This document shows, one piece after another, positions 8,505 through 17,731 of a DNA stretch of 22,514 nucleotides. The DNA is from Sandaracinaceae bacterium. GTDB taxonomy: Bacteria; Myxococcota_A; Polyangia; Polyangiales; Sandaracinaceae. A model generated the notes under the pieces. That model saw nothing but the letters and a program-made list of their open reading frames with translations. It did no database searches and was not told where the DNA came from. Positions within the stretch are counted from its first letter, which is position 1, and the number at the start of each line of letters is the position of its first letter. The DNA is taken from positions 1-22,514 of the forward strand of contig JBGAQA010000102.1 in the NCBI GenBank assembly GCA_044220955.1, in the 5' to 3' direction. The position numbers and the translations under genes are program-made.

Positions 8505-8771
8505 ATGACGGTCGCGCGACTCGCCATCTCCCTGGACGCCGATCTCGCGCGTGCCGTGCGACGTGCGGCACGGGGAACCGCGACCTCGACGTGGCTCGCC
8601 GAGGCGGCTCGTCAGAGGCTCCGGAGCGAGGGCCTCGGCCGGGCGATCGACGCCTGGGAGCGGGCACACGGGGCATTGAGCGACGACGAAGTCCGCGCCG
8701 CCGCGCGAAAGCAGGCCCGTGCCGTCGCCGCCGCGCGCAGGCGGGCTCGCAGGCGCGGCGCTTCGCGGTGA
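8505..8771 (+). CDS. Putative antitoxin (ribbon-helix-helix-like)
   Basis: 88 aa with an N-terminal RLAISLDADLARAVRRAA and STWLAEAA pattern. Overlaps the downstream PIN gene by GTGA. Confidence 0.72.
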   Translation: MTVARLAISLDADLARAVRRAARGTATSTWLAEAARQRLRSEGLGRAIDAWERAHGALSDDEVRAAARKQARAVAAARRRARRRGASR

Positions 8772-9148
8772 TCCGCGTCGTGCTCGACGCGGGTGCGTTG
8801 ATCGCCCTCGATCGCGGGGACCGCGCCCTGTGGGCGGCGTTGCGGGCGGCACAGCTCTCGCGAGCCCCGGTCAGCGTGCCGACGACGGCGCTGGCCCAGG
8901 CGTGGCGGGACGGCGCACGGCAGGCGCTCCTCGCCCGGGCGCTCGAGCACTGCGACCTCGTCGCGTTCGACCCTCTCGCGCGCGACGTGGGAGCGCTCTG
9001 CGGTCGCGCCCGCACGGCCGACGTGTGCGACGCGCACGTCGCGCTCGTGGCTGCGGCGCGCGCCGACCTGCTCTACACGAGCGATGCGCTCGACCTGCGC
9101 CGCCTGCTCCGGGTGCTCCGCGCCGACGTCGCCGTCATCGCGTGCTGA
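8768..9148 (+). CDS. PIN-domain (VapC-like) toxin
   Basis: VVLDAGALIA, VPTTALAQ, DVCDAHV and LYTSD..DL match the PIN acidic motifs. 126 aa, coupled to the upstream small gene. Confidence 0.82.
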   Translation: MIRVVLDAGALIALDRGDRALWAALRAAQLSRAPVSVPTTALAQAWRDGARQALLARALEHCDLVAFDPLARDVGALCGRARTADVCDAHVALVAAARADLLYTSDALDLRRLLRVLRADVAVIAC

Positions 9149-9276
9149 ACAGCCGTGGCGAGATCGGAGGACTCTCTTCCCGCCGCGAGACGTCGCCGCT
9201 CGGAGGCTCCGTTTCGCGGGACTCGCTCGAGATGGAGGAGGCCGCGTGTCCGCCCGGCAGAGCGAGCTCTTCCCCC

Positions 9277-9774
9277 TCAGCCCGGGTCCCCGAGCCCCGT
9301 CTGCTCGATGGACGCGTCCTCGAGCGCCGCGGCGACGAGCGCGATGCGGAGCTCGAGGATGGCGAGCACGATGCCCGTCGCCTCGACGACGACGCCCGCC
9401 AGGAACACCGCGAGCGCGACGTAGGCGGCCTCGCCCCACACGAGCGAGGCGCCGATCGCGAGGGAGCACAGCAGCATCGAGAGCACCGTGACGAGCAGGC
9501 AGACGAGGGCGGCGCGGAGGAGCCGCGCGCGCGCCATGAGGTGATCGACCTGCGCCTCGAGCGTGACGACACGCCCCCGCACGCGCGGGCTCGGTGGTGG
9601 GCTCGGGGCGAGCGAGAGCCGCGCGAGCGCGTCGTACTCCTCCTTGTGGATCGCGCGGATGCGCCCGACGATCGCGGCCAGCCGGTTGTAGAGCGCCAGA
9701 CAGACGAGCCCCGCGGCCGAGATCATCACGACCGGCGCGACCAGGAGCTGGATGGTGTGAACGACGTCCGGCAT
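9277..9774 (-). CDS. DUF2721-like membrane protein (3 TM)
   Basis: TIQLLVAPVVMISAAGL..YNRLAAIVGRIR, a soluble loop, RARL, two more TM helices and a C-terminal ELRIA. Confidence 0.78.
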   Translation of the reverse strand: MPDVVHTIQLLVAPVVMISAAGLVCLALYNRLAAIVGRIRAIHKEEYDALARLSLAPSPPPSPRVRGRVVTLEAQVDHLMARARLLRAALVCLLVTVLSMLLCSLAIGASLVWGEAAYVALAVFLAGVVVEATGIVLAILELRIALVAAALEDASIEQTGLGDPG

Positions 9775-9874
9775 GCCGGCCCGCGGAGCGGCTCTCGCGG
9801 TGACATCTAGGCGCCGCGGCCGCGCCCACCATCCCGCGCCGCGCGGGTCAGCGACGACGCGGGCACCGAACACC

Positions 9875-10666
9875 TCAGGCCGGCGCCGTGCGCGCGCCGG
9901 GCAGGAGCGACCGCAGGCGGGGCGCGAGGTCGGCCCAGATCAGCACCGCGAGGACCCACCAGAGCGCGATCCAGAGGGGGACGCCGAAGAGCCATCCGAG
10001 CGCGTAGTGGTGCAGGCCGCCGACGCCGATCAGCAGCGCCTCGGCGACCGGTCCGACGATCGCGAACGTGAGCGCCAGAGCCCGCTCGCGCCGGCCGGGA
10101 CGGAGCAGCAGCGCGTAGAGCGCCAGCGCCGCGGCGAAGGGCAGCCACGAGAGCAGCGGGTGGTCCCAGAGGCGATAGATGGCCTGCCGGGTGGCCAGCA
10201 CGAGCGCGAGCTCGACCGCGACGCGCCAGCGCGCCCCGTGCAGGACGAGCCCGGGCAGGTGCACCTCGTCGCGCGCCGTCGGCTCCCCGAGCCCGCGCCA
10301 CGACGCGAGCGTGGCCACCGATCGCAGGATCAGGCCCCAGTAGAGGAGCATCCAGGCCGGGATCGTCGAGAGCCCGGGCAGGTCCGTCGGGACGCCGTAG
10401 CCGTAGACCCCGTGTCGATCGACCGTGTTCCAGTCGTTGGCCGCGCCGAGGAGCGTCGAGAGCGCGAGGAACGCGAGCTCGCGCCCGAGGGCGCCGGGGG
10501 CGCGCGCCTCCGGGACCACGGCGCGCCACGCGAGGGTCCGCGCGACGAAGGCGCCGAGGACGACGCCGAGCATCACGCGCGGCTCGGCCGCGAGCGCGCA
10601 CGCCGCGACCGCGACCGCGACGGTCGTCGCGACGTCGAGGGCCAGCGCGCGGTCGGAGCTCGCCAC
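9875..10666 (-). CDS. Multi-pass membrane protein, DUF2878-like with internal duplication
   Basis: GTG start lies 1 bp after the radical SAM stop. About 8 hydrophobic segments. Repeated G-x-x-x-Y...P-x-W-x4-W motifs (GVYGY..IPAWMLLYW and GLHHY..VPLWIALWW). Confidence 0.7.
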   Translation of the reverse strand: MASSDRALALDVATTVAVAVAACALAAEPRVMLGVVLGAFVARTLAWRAVVPEARAPGALGRELAFLALSTLLGAANDWNTVDRHGVYGYGVPTDLPGLSTIPAWMLLYWGLILRSVATLASWRGLGEPTARDEVHLPGLVLHGARWRVAVELALVLATRQAIYRLWDHPLLSWLPFAAALALYALLLRPGRRERALALTFAIVGPVAEALLIGVGGLHHYALGWLFGVPLWIALWWVLAVLIWADLAPRLRSLLPGARTAPA

Positions 10667-10667
10667 G

Positions 10668-11966
10668 TCAGCGCCTCCCGAGCAGCTCGCCGACCTCGCC
10701 GAGGAGCGAGAGCGGGTGCTCGAGCCCATGGGCGTAGGCGTCGGTCGAGTAGTTCTGCGCCCAGTTGCAGCGCGCGCCGCAGCGCGCGGAGAAGCCGCGC
10801 GGATCCTGGCGCGCCGAGCAGTGGGCCCAGAGGTCGTCCACGTGCGCGAAGTCGAGGACGCGCGCGCGCACGGGCTCGACCGCGACCGAGGCCTTGCACG
10901 GCCAGAAGAGCGTGCCGTCCGCGTCGACGTGCGGCTTGAGCGTGTTGCGGCACGCGAGCGGCTCGGAGAAGAGCAGGCGGTGGTTGAGGCGCTCGCTGCC
11001 CGTGATGCGATGGCCCGCACGCTTGCGCGCGAGCACGAGGTTCGCGAACGCGACGTAGGCGGGGTCGTCCGAGAGGCCCGTCGCGACCGTCGGACCGACG
11101 TTCATCGGCACAGGCGTGAACCAGATCCCGAGGTCGTTGGCGAGGTCGAGGACGTCGCGCGCGTGCTCGACCTGTCCGGGCTGGACGACGGCGTTCACCG
11201 CGAGCTTGAAGCGGAGCGGACCGGAGAGCTCCCGGAGCAGGAGCAGGTTGCGCAGCACGTCCTCGGGGCGCTGGGTGCCCCAGGTCTGAGCGAGCCACGG
11301 CAGCTCGAGCCCGTCGAGGCTCACGATCACCACGTCGAGGTCGGCGAGCCAGGTGCGGTACGCCGGGAGCCCGAGCAGCCGGTCGATCGCGCTCCCGTTG
11401 GTGTTGACGAAGAGCGGGTAGTAGTCGAGGTCGCGCGCCGCGCGCGTGAGGGCGGGCAGATCCTTGCGCAGCGTGGGCTCGCCTCCGGCGAAGTACACGG
11501 CCGTCGCGCGCGTCCGCATCACCTCGAGCAGGCGCACGCCCTCGGCGGTGTCGAGCGTCCCTTCCTCCGGCAGCTCGGGGTAGCGCCCACCACGGTGGTC
11601 GTCGCAGTACGTGCAGAGGAAGTTGCACGTGCGGTGCGTCGTCCAGATGAAGTAGAGCGGCAGCAGATCCTCGCGGCCCGAGGCGGCGCGTCGCCGGTTC
11701 TCGAGGAAGCTACGCGCGGAGTCGGCGAGGCTGTGCGCGCGTCGCCTCGCGTCCTCGGGCAGCGTCCTGGGTCGCTCGAGGCGCGGCAGGAGCTCGGCGG
11801 CGAGCGCCTTCGCCTCGCGCGCGAGGCGCGGCCAGTCGGGATGGTGGGCGCGGGGCTGGTAGAGCGAGAACTCGGGCAGCGAGCGCGGCGCGCGCGGTCG
11901 GTCCTCGAGCACGGGCAGGGGACGGCGCGCACGACCGAGCGCGGCGGAGGCGGACGTGGGGCTCAT
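10668..11966 (-). CDS. Radical SAM enzyme with a C-terminal SPASM/Twitch-like Cys cluster
   Basis: CNFLCTYC, AGGEP, NTNG and VSLDG. C-terminal CRNTLKPHVDADGTLFWPC and CGARC. ATGA overlap with the tetR stop and a GAGAGG ribosome-binding site. Confidence 0.88.
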   Translation of the reverse strand: MSPTSASAALGRARRPLPVLEDRPRAPRSLPEFSLYQPRAHHPDWPRLAREAKALAAELLPRLERPRTLPEDARRRAHSLADSARSFLENRRRAASGREDLLPLYFIWTTHRTCNFLCTYCDDHRGGRYPELPEEGTLDTAEGVRLLEVMRTRATAVYFAGGEPTLRKDLPALTRAARDLDYYPLFVNTNGSAIDRLLGLPAYRTWLADLDVVIVSLDGLELPWLAQTWGTQRPEDVLRNLLLLRELSGPLRFKLAVNAVVQPGQVEHARDVLDLANDLGIWFTPVPMNVGPTVATGLSDDPAYVAFANLVLARKRAGHRITGSERLNHRLLFSEPLACRNTLKPHVDADGTLFWPCKASVAVEPVRARVLDFAHVDDLWAHCSARQDPRGFSARCGARCNWAQNYSTDAYAHGLEHPLSLLGEVGELLGRR

Positions 11967-12628
11967 ACCTCTCTCTTTCTCTCTGCGCCGACGCGGTCGA
12001 CGCGGTTCGGGTCCGGGGCGAGCAGAGCGCCGAGCGCTCCGACCGTCATCGTCACCAGCACGTCCTCGGCCTCGTCGCGGCTCACGCCCGGCCCGGAGAC
12101 GCGCTGCAGCCCGACGCGGATCCAGAGGGCGAGGAGCGCCTGGGCGGCCAGCGTGAGGCGCGAGGCGGGCAGGCTCCCTGCCGCCTCCGCGGAGAGAGCG
12201 CCGACGAGCAGCTGCAGCGCGGGCGGGTTCACGCCGTCGCGCAGGGCTTCCGAAGGGAGGCCGGCGGCCATGCGCTCGACGACCCACGACACGAACGAGG
12301 GATCCGACTCGAGCTGATCGAGGAAGGCGCGCGCGGCCCCCCGGACGAGCTCCTCTCGCCCCCGGCCGCTCGGCCCCGAGACCAGCACGGGCGCGAGGCG
12401 CGCGGCGAGGGCCGCGTTGAACTCCGCGAGGAGCGCGTCCACGAGAGCCTCCTTTCCCGCGAAGTGGACGTAGAACGTCCCGTGCGCGACCCCCGCCTCG
12501 CGCACGATCTCGGGGATGGTCGTCGCCGAATAGCCGCGTCGCGTGAGCACGCGCCGCGCCGCGGCGACGAGCGCCCGACGGGTCGTCTGCTTCTGTTCCT
12601 GGCGGGTCTGCGCGCTCGGTGACGGCAT
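11963..12628 (-). CDS. TetR/AcrR family transcriptional regulator
   Basis: HTH: TRRALVAAARRVL..RGYSATTIPEIVREAGVAHGTFYVHFAGKEAL. Confidence 0.93.
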   Translation of the reverse strand: MPSPSAQTRQEQKQTTRRALVAAARRVLTRRGYSATTIPEIVREAGVAHGTFYVHFAGKEALVDALLAEFNAALAARLAPVLVSGPSGRGREELVRGAARAFLDQLESDPSFVSWVVERMAAGLPSEALRDGVNPPALQLLVGALSAEAAGSLPASRLTLAAQALLALWIRVGLQRVSGPGVSRDEAEDVLVTMTVGALGALLAPDPNRVDRVGAERKREV

Positions 12629-12639
12629 GTCACTGACAT
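12627..12639. promoter_or_regulatory. Putative TetR operator (inverted repeat)
   Basis: Perfect inverted repeat ATGTCA-C-TGACAT overlapping the tetR start codon, in a local AT-rich patch. Confidence 0.65.
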
Positions 12640-12754
12640 TGAATCATCCAATCCGCACCTGGTTGCGCGGGAGCAACCGGCGCCCGCGGGGAGACGCGAT
12701 CCGAGGCCCTGGCGCGGCGCCCCCCACCCGTGCGTATCTTCGCGCCACCTCCCG

Positions 12755-15223
12755 ATGCTCACCATCCCGCCCCCTCGCGAAGACGTCCGCACGGGCATGA
12801 ACGCGGCCGCCCTGCGCCAGGATCTCGTCGACAACCTCTTCTACGTGCAGGCGCGCTTCCCCGAGGTCGCGACGCGCAACGACTGGTACCTCGCGCTCGC
12901 GTACACCGTCCGGGACCGGATCCTCTCGCGCTGGCTGCGGACCGCGCGCACGTACATGAAGCGGGAGAGCCGGACGGTCGGCTACCTCTCGGCCGAGTAC
13001 CTGCTCGGGCCGCACCTCGGCAACGCGCTGCTCGAGCTCGGCATCGAGCAGCCCGTGCGCGAGGCGGTAACCACGCTCGGCCTCGATCTCGACGTCCTGC
13101 TCGAGCAAGAGGAGGAGCCCGGCCTCGGCAACGGGGGCCTGGGGCGCCTCGCCGCGTGCTTCATGGAGTCGCTCGCGACGCTCGACATCCCGGCGATCGG
13201 CTACGGGATCCGGTACGAGTTCGGCATCTTCGATCAGGCGATCGAGGACGGCTGGCAGGTCGAGGTGTCCGACACCTGGCTGCGGCTCGGCAACCCCTGG
13301 GAGATCGCGCGTCCCGAGATCTCGTTCTCGGTGCCGCTCGGCGGGCACGCCGAGACGGTCCGGCAGAACGACGGCACGTTCCACGTGCGCTGGGTCCCGG
13401 AGCGCATCGTGCGCGGCGTGGCATACGACACGCCCATCCTCGGCTACCGCACCGAGACGGCGAGCCTGCTCCGCCTCTGGAAGAGCGAGGCGCAGCAGGC
13501 CTTCCACCTGCAGAGCTTCCAGGCCGGCGACTACGTCGGCGCCGTGCGCGACAAGACGTCGTCGGAGAACGTCACCAAGATCCTGTATCCGAACGACGAC
13601 AACATGCTCGGCAAGGAGCTGCGGCTGACGCAGCAGTACTTCTTCGTGAGCTGCTCGCTCCAGGACATGATCCGCGTCCACCTTCAGCGCGCGCCGAGCG
13701 TGGACACGTTCCACGAGAAGTACGCCGTCCAGCTCAACGACACGCACCCGGCGATCGCGGTGCCCGAGCTCATGCGCCTGCTCGTCGACGAGCACCGCAT
13801 CGGCTGGGATCGCGCGTGGGAGATCACCACCCGGACGTTCTCGTACACGAACCACACGCTCCTGCCCGAGGCGCTCGAGCGCTGGTCACTCCCCCTCTTC
13901 GGCAAGCTCCTGCCGAGGCACCTCGAGATCGTCTTCGAGATCAACCGGCGCTTCCTCGACGACGTCCGCGCTCATTTCCCCGGCGACGAAGGGCTCGTCG
14001 CGCGCCTCTCGCTCATCGACGAGGCCGAGCCCCGCTGGGTGCGCATGGCCAACCTCGCGTCGGTCGGCAGCCACAAGATCAACGGCGTCGCCGCGCTGCA
14101 CACCGAGCTCTTGAAGCGCTCCGTGCTCGCCGACTGGCACCGCATCCGTCCAGACACGATCCGCAACGTCACCAACGGGGTCACGCCGCGCCGCTTCGTG
14201 GCGCTCGCGAACCCGGGTCTCGGCAGGCTCGTGAGCGAGGCGATCGGGCAGGACTGGATCAAGGACGCCGAGCACCTGCGCGAGCTGGAGAAGCACGCGG
14301 ACGATGCGGCGTTCCAGGACGCGTGGCTCGACGTGAAGCAGGCGAACAAGCTGCGCCTCGCCAAGGAGATCGCGGAGCGCGCCGACGTGGTGAGCGACCC
14401 CGGCTCGCTCTTCGACGCACAGGTCAAGCGCATCCACGAGTACAAGCGGCAGCACCTCAACGTCCTGCACGCGCTCACGCTCTGGCTGAGGATCCGAGAG
14501 GGCCGCGACGAGGGTGTCGTGCCGCGCACCGTCCTGCTCGCGGGCAAGGCCGCCCCCGGCTACGCGATGGCCAAGCGGATCGTGAGGCTCGTCCACGCGG
14601 CCGCGGATCTGGTGAACAAGGACCCCCGCACGCACGGCAAGCTGCGCGTCGCCTTCTATCCGGACTTCAACGTGAAGAACGCCCAGCGCATCTATCCTGC
14701 CGTCGATCTCAGCGAGCAGATCAGCACCGCCGGCAAGGAGGCCTCCGGAACGGGCAACATGAAGATGGCGCTCAACGGGGCGCTCACCATCGGCACGCTC
14801 GACGGCGCGAACGTCGAGATCCGCGACGCCGTCGGCGCCGAGAACTTCTTCCTCTTCGGCCTCACCGAGGAGGAGGTGCGTGCGCGCAAGGCCGCGGGCT
14901 ATCGGCCCGGCGAGCTCCGGGATCGCGATCCCGAGCTGCGGGCGGTGCTGGAGCTCGTCGCGAGCGGCGTCGGGACCGGAGACGCCGAGCTGTTTCGCCC
15001 GATCGTCGACGCGCTGCTCGGGCGGGACGACTACATGCTGCTCGCGGACTACCGCGCGTACGTCGAGTGCCAGGAGCGCGTCGCATCGCTCTACGAGGAC
15101 CGCCGCGCGTGGGCGCGCACGTCGATCCTCAACGTCGCGCGGATGGGGACCTTCTCGTCCGACCGCGCGATCGCCGACTACGCGCGCGACATCTGGAACG
15201 TGCAACCCGTGCGCCTCGGGTGA
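12755..15223 (+). CDS. glgP: Glycogen/alpha-glucan phosphorylase (GT35)
   Basis: GLGNGGLGRLAACF, QLNDTHP, YTNHT, NGVAALH, TNGVTPRR, KRIHEYKRQ, the PLP motif EASGTGNMK, and FSSDR. Confidence 0.97.
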   Translation: MLTIPPPREDVRTGMNAAALRQDLVDNLFYVQARFPEVATRNDWYLALAYTVRDRILSRWLRTARTYMKRESRTVGYLSAEYLLGPHLGNALLELGIEQPVREAVTTLGLDLDVLLEQEEEPGLGNGGLGRLAACFMESLATLDIPAIGYGIRYEFGIFDQAIEDGWQVEVSDTWLRLGNPWEIARPEISFSVPLGGHAETVRQNDGTFHVRWVPERIVRGVAYDTPILGYRTETASLLRLWKSEAQQAFHLQSFQAGDYVGAVRDKTSSENVTKILYPNDDNMLGKELRLTQQYFFVSCSLQDMIRVHLQRAPSVDTFHEKYAVQLNDTHPAIAVPELMRLLVDEHRIGWDRAWEITTRTFSYTNHTLLPEALERWSLPLFGKLLPRHLEIVFEINRRFLDDVRAHFPGDEGLVARLSLIDEAEPRWVRMANLASVGSHKINGVAALHTELLKRSVLADWHRIRPDTIRNVTNGVTPRRFVALANPGLGRLVSEAIGQDWIKDAEHLRELEKHADDAAFQDAWLDVKQANKLRLAKEIAERADVVSDPGSLFDAQVKRIHEYKRQHLNVLHALTLWLRIREGRDEGVVPRTVLLAGKAAPGYAMAKRIVRLVHAAADLVNKDPRTHGKLRVAFYPDFNVKNAQRIYPAVDLSEQISTAGKEASGTGNMKMALNGALTIGTLDGANVEIRDAVGAENFFLFGLTEEEVRARKAAGYRPGELRDRDPELRAVLELVASGVGTGDAELFRPIVDALLGRDDYMLLADYRAYVECQERVASLYEDRRAWARTSILNVARMGTFSSDRAIADYARDIWNVQPVRLG

Positions 15224-15322
15224 TGCTGCGCACGGTCGCGCCCCCGACGTCCGTCCCCGGCAATCGACGACGGCCTCCGGACCGACGACCCCGGCGCGCG
15301 CGACGAGCGATGTGCCTCGCGG

Positions 15323-15397
15323 GGCGAGCGGTCGCGAGCCGAGGGGGTGAGACGCGTCCGGCTCCGCCTGTACGTCGAGGGGCCCACCCAGGGCCCC
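15323..15397. repeat. REP-like structured intergenic element ending in a hairpin
   Basis: Lies between convergent genes. GCGAGCGGTCGCGAGC..CGTCCGGCTCCGCCTGTACG is followed by the perfect stem GGGGCCC-ACCCA-GGGCCCC (15379-15397). Only one copy in the window. Confidence 0.35.
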
Positions 15398-15403
15398 CGG
15401 AAC

Positions 15404-16837
15404 TCAGGGGCGCGTCCACGCCGTGGGCCGGTCCTGGCTGCCGATGACGAGCGAGCCCGTGTAGTCGGCGTCGGCGTAGACGCGCTCGATCTGCGCGGCG
15501 GCCGCCTCGAGGTCGGCCTCGCTCACCACTCCGTTCGAGGTCGCCCGGTAGAACTGGATCGTCACCCGCACCGGGAAGTGCGGGTCGCGACGGATGCGCG
15601 TGCGCCCGACCTCCCGGACGGGGCCCGAGTCGAGGCCGTGGCCGATGACGGCCGTCTCGACGTCGCTCGAGGGCGACCCCGCGGACCGCCCCGCGCCCGA
15701 GCCCGCGCCCGCGCCCAGCGCGCCCGCGAGCAGGTCGTCCATCCCGCCGGCGCCCGACATGCTGCGCCGCGGCGAGTAGGGCAGGCGCAGCGGGACCTGG
15801 ATGATCATCACGAGGTCGGCGCCCGTCTCGAGCGCGGTCGCGTCCTCGGCGGTCGCGGCCCCCGCCTCGATGCGCGCCTGCACGTCGCTGCGGCGCTCGG
15901 CGGTGAACGTCGTGCGCTGGCCGAGGTGGTTGAAGTAGAGGTGCTGGCCCCACCCGCCCGGGATGAGGGCGTCGGGGCGGTTCTCGATGACCTGGATGCT
16001 CAGCCCCTCCCGCGTGGCGACGAGCACGAGATCGGCCGGCGTGCCCGGCTCGCTCTGGTAGTTGAAGAGCACGGGCGTGAACTCGACGCGGGAGGCGTCG
16101 GGCACGGGGACGAAGACGAACTGGGCGCTGACGAGGAAGTGCGAGTCGCGCGCCGCGGTGAAGTCGTCGCTCGTGCTGCGCAGCTCGTCCGGCGACGAGA
16201 GGTAGTCTCGCAGGTGCGAGAGCACCTCCATCAGCGCGACCGCCTGGAGCGGACGCCCCTCGGCCTCGTTGCCGACGCGGACGAACATGCGCTCGACCGG
16301 GACGTCCGCGGTCCGATCCGTGAAGTTCGGATAGCGCAGCACCGGCAGGAGCGAGGTGCGCGGCCGTCGGCCGCTCCGATCGATCACCTCGAGGGTGAGA
16401 TCGGAGATGTTCGGTCCGACGCTCGAGCCGAGGTAGCGACCGGTGTCCTCCCAGGTCAGGTTGACGACCGTCATGTGGTGCGCGCGCGCGGCGCGCCGGA
16501 GCGCGGCCTGCCCGGGCATCCGGCGCACGGCCCTGATCGCGGCGCGGAGGGCCTCGGGGTCGCCGACGGTGGCGGGCGCGTCGCTGGGCGCCGCCGTGGC
16601 GCTCGCCACGCGGGGCTCGGGCGGGGCGCTACCGGAACCGAGCCCCGAGCTCGGGGGCGCGGAAGCCTCGCGCGCGTCGTCGGTCGCCGCCGGCACGGGG
16701 GGGGCCGTGGGTGGAGCCTCACGGACGACAGGCGTCGCCGGAGTCTCCGGCACGACGTGCGGCGCGTCGGCCGGGCCGCCGCACCCGAGCGCGAGCACCC
16801 CGAGTAGCAGACCCAGCCTCGATCGAGCTCCGCGCAT
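15404..16837 (-). CDS. Uncharacterised lipoprotein with a WEDTGR..GPNISD motif
   Basis: GAGGAAGG ribosome-binding site, lipobox LALGC, a Pro/Ala linker, then a complex globular region with normal codon usage. Confidence 0.8.
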   Translation of the reverse strand: MRGARSRLGLLLGVLALGCGGPADAPHVVPETPATPVVREAPPTAPPVPAATDDAREASAPPSSGLGSGSAPPEPRVASATAAPSDAPATVGDPEALRAAIRAVRRMPGQAALRRAARAHHMTVVNLTWEDTGRYLGSSVGPNISDLTLEVIDRSGRRPRTSLLPVLRYPNFTDRTADVPVERMFVRVGNEAEGRPLQAVALMEVLSHLRDYLSSPDELRSTSDDFTAARDSHFLVSAQFVFVPVPDASRVEFTPVLFNYQSEPGTPADLVLVATREGLSIQVIENRPDALIPGGWGQHLYFNHLGQRTTFTAERRSDVQARIEAGAATAEDATALETGADLVMIIQVPLRLPYSPRRSMSGAGGMDDLLAGALGAGAGSGAGRSAGSPSSDVETAVIGHGLDSGPVREVGRTRIRRDPHFPVRVTIQFYRATSNGVVSEADLEAAAAQIERVYADADYTGSLVIGSQDRPTAWTRP

Positions 16838-16948
16838 CGTGGATCCTTCCTCTCCGACACCGGCCGCACCCGGAGGTTCGCCAGCTTCGAGAGCCCCCGG
16901 CCCCCTCCCCTTGGCTCGGGCCTGCGGCGGCCCATGTAGAGTGCACGG

Positions 16949-17731
16949 GTGCACCCTCCGTCCGCCACGCACTTCGATCCCGGCAGCCGCTCGAGGCTCG
17001 GCCCGCGCGATCTGCCGCGCTTCCCGGCGGAGACGCTCTTCGATCGCGTCGGGCGCGCCGTGTGCGAGGCGGACTGCCTGCCGCGCAAGGAGCTCTACGA
17101 GGCGTGGGAGGTCGCCCGCCGCGCGCGGCGCCGGTATCGGGGCGGGCGCGTGCTCGATCTCGCGTGCGGGCACGGCCTGCTCGCGCACCTCTTGCTCTTG
17201 CTCGACGACGGCTCGCCCGACGCGCTCGCCGTCGACGTGCGCCTGCCGCCGAGCGCCGCGAAGATCCGCGACGTGCTCGCGGCGCGCTGGCCGCGCCTCG
17301 CCGGGCGCGTGGAGCTGCGGGCCGCTCGTGTCGAGGACGTGCGCGCGAGCGTCGGGGACCTCGTGGTCTCGGCCCACGCATGCGGCGCGCTGACCGATCG
17401 CGTGCTCGACGTCGCGATCGCGGCGCGCGCGCGCGTCGCCGTGCTGCCCTGCTGTCACGACGCGGCGACCTCGGACACGGGCGCGCTCGGCGGCTGGCTC
17501 GAGGACGCCATGGCGATCGACACCACGCGCGCGCTGCGGCTCGGCGCGCAAGGATACGTCGTCCACACGCAGACGATCCCCGCGGCGATCACGCCCAAGA
17601 ACCGCCTCCTGCTCGGCGCGCCGGCGAGCGGTGGCGAGGGCTCAGCGCGCGAGGACCAGGAAGGCGGCGGCGCCGACGGCGAGCGCCAGCCCGGCCACGG
17701 CGAGGACCAGGAACACGGGCGCGGCGGGTGA
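16949..17731 (+). CDS. Class I SAM-dependent methyltransferase (Methyltransf_32-like)
   Basis: VLDLACGHG, SAHACGALTD, VLPCCH and TPKNRLLLG. Confidence 0.82.
   Translation: MHPPSATHFDPGSRSRLGPRDLPRFPAETLFDRVGRAVCEADCLPRKELYEAWEVARRARRRYRGGRVLDLACGHGLLAHLLLLLDDGSPDALAVDVRLPPSAAKIRDVLAARWPRLAGRVELRAARVEDVRASVGDLVVSAHACGALTDRVLDVAIAARARVAVLPCCHDAATSDTGALGGWLEDAMAIDTTRALRLGAQGYVVHTQTIPAAITPKNRLLLGAPASGGEGSAREDQEGGGADGERQPGHGEDQEHGRGG

Noticed and set aside
8458..9276. Toxin-antitoxin pair as part of a prophage or transposon
   Set aside because: No integrase, transposase, tRNA or terminal repeats in the window.
9800..9806. GTGACAT half-site matching the tetR palindrome upstream of the DUF2721-like gene
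   Set aside because: Only a 7-bp half-site, which could be chance.
10668..11966. Radical SAM as a RiPP maturase
   Set aside because: No credible precursor peptide, peptidase or transporter nearby, and no RRE domain recognised.
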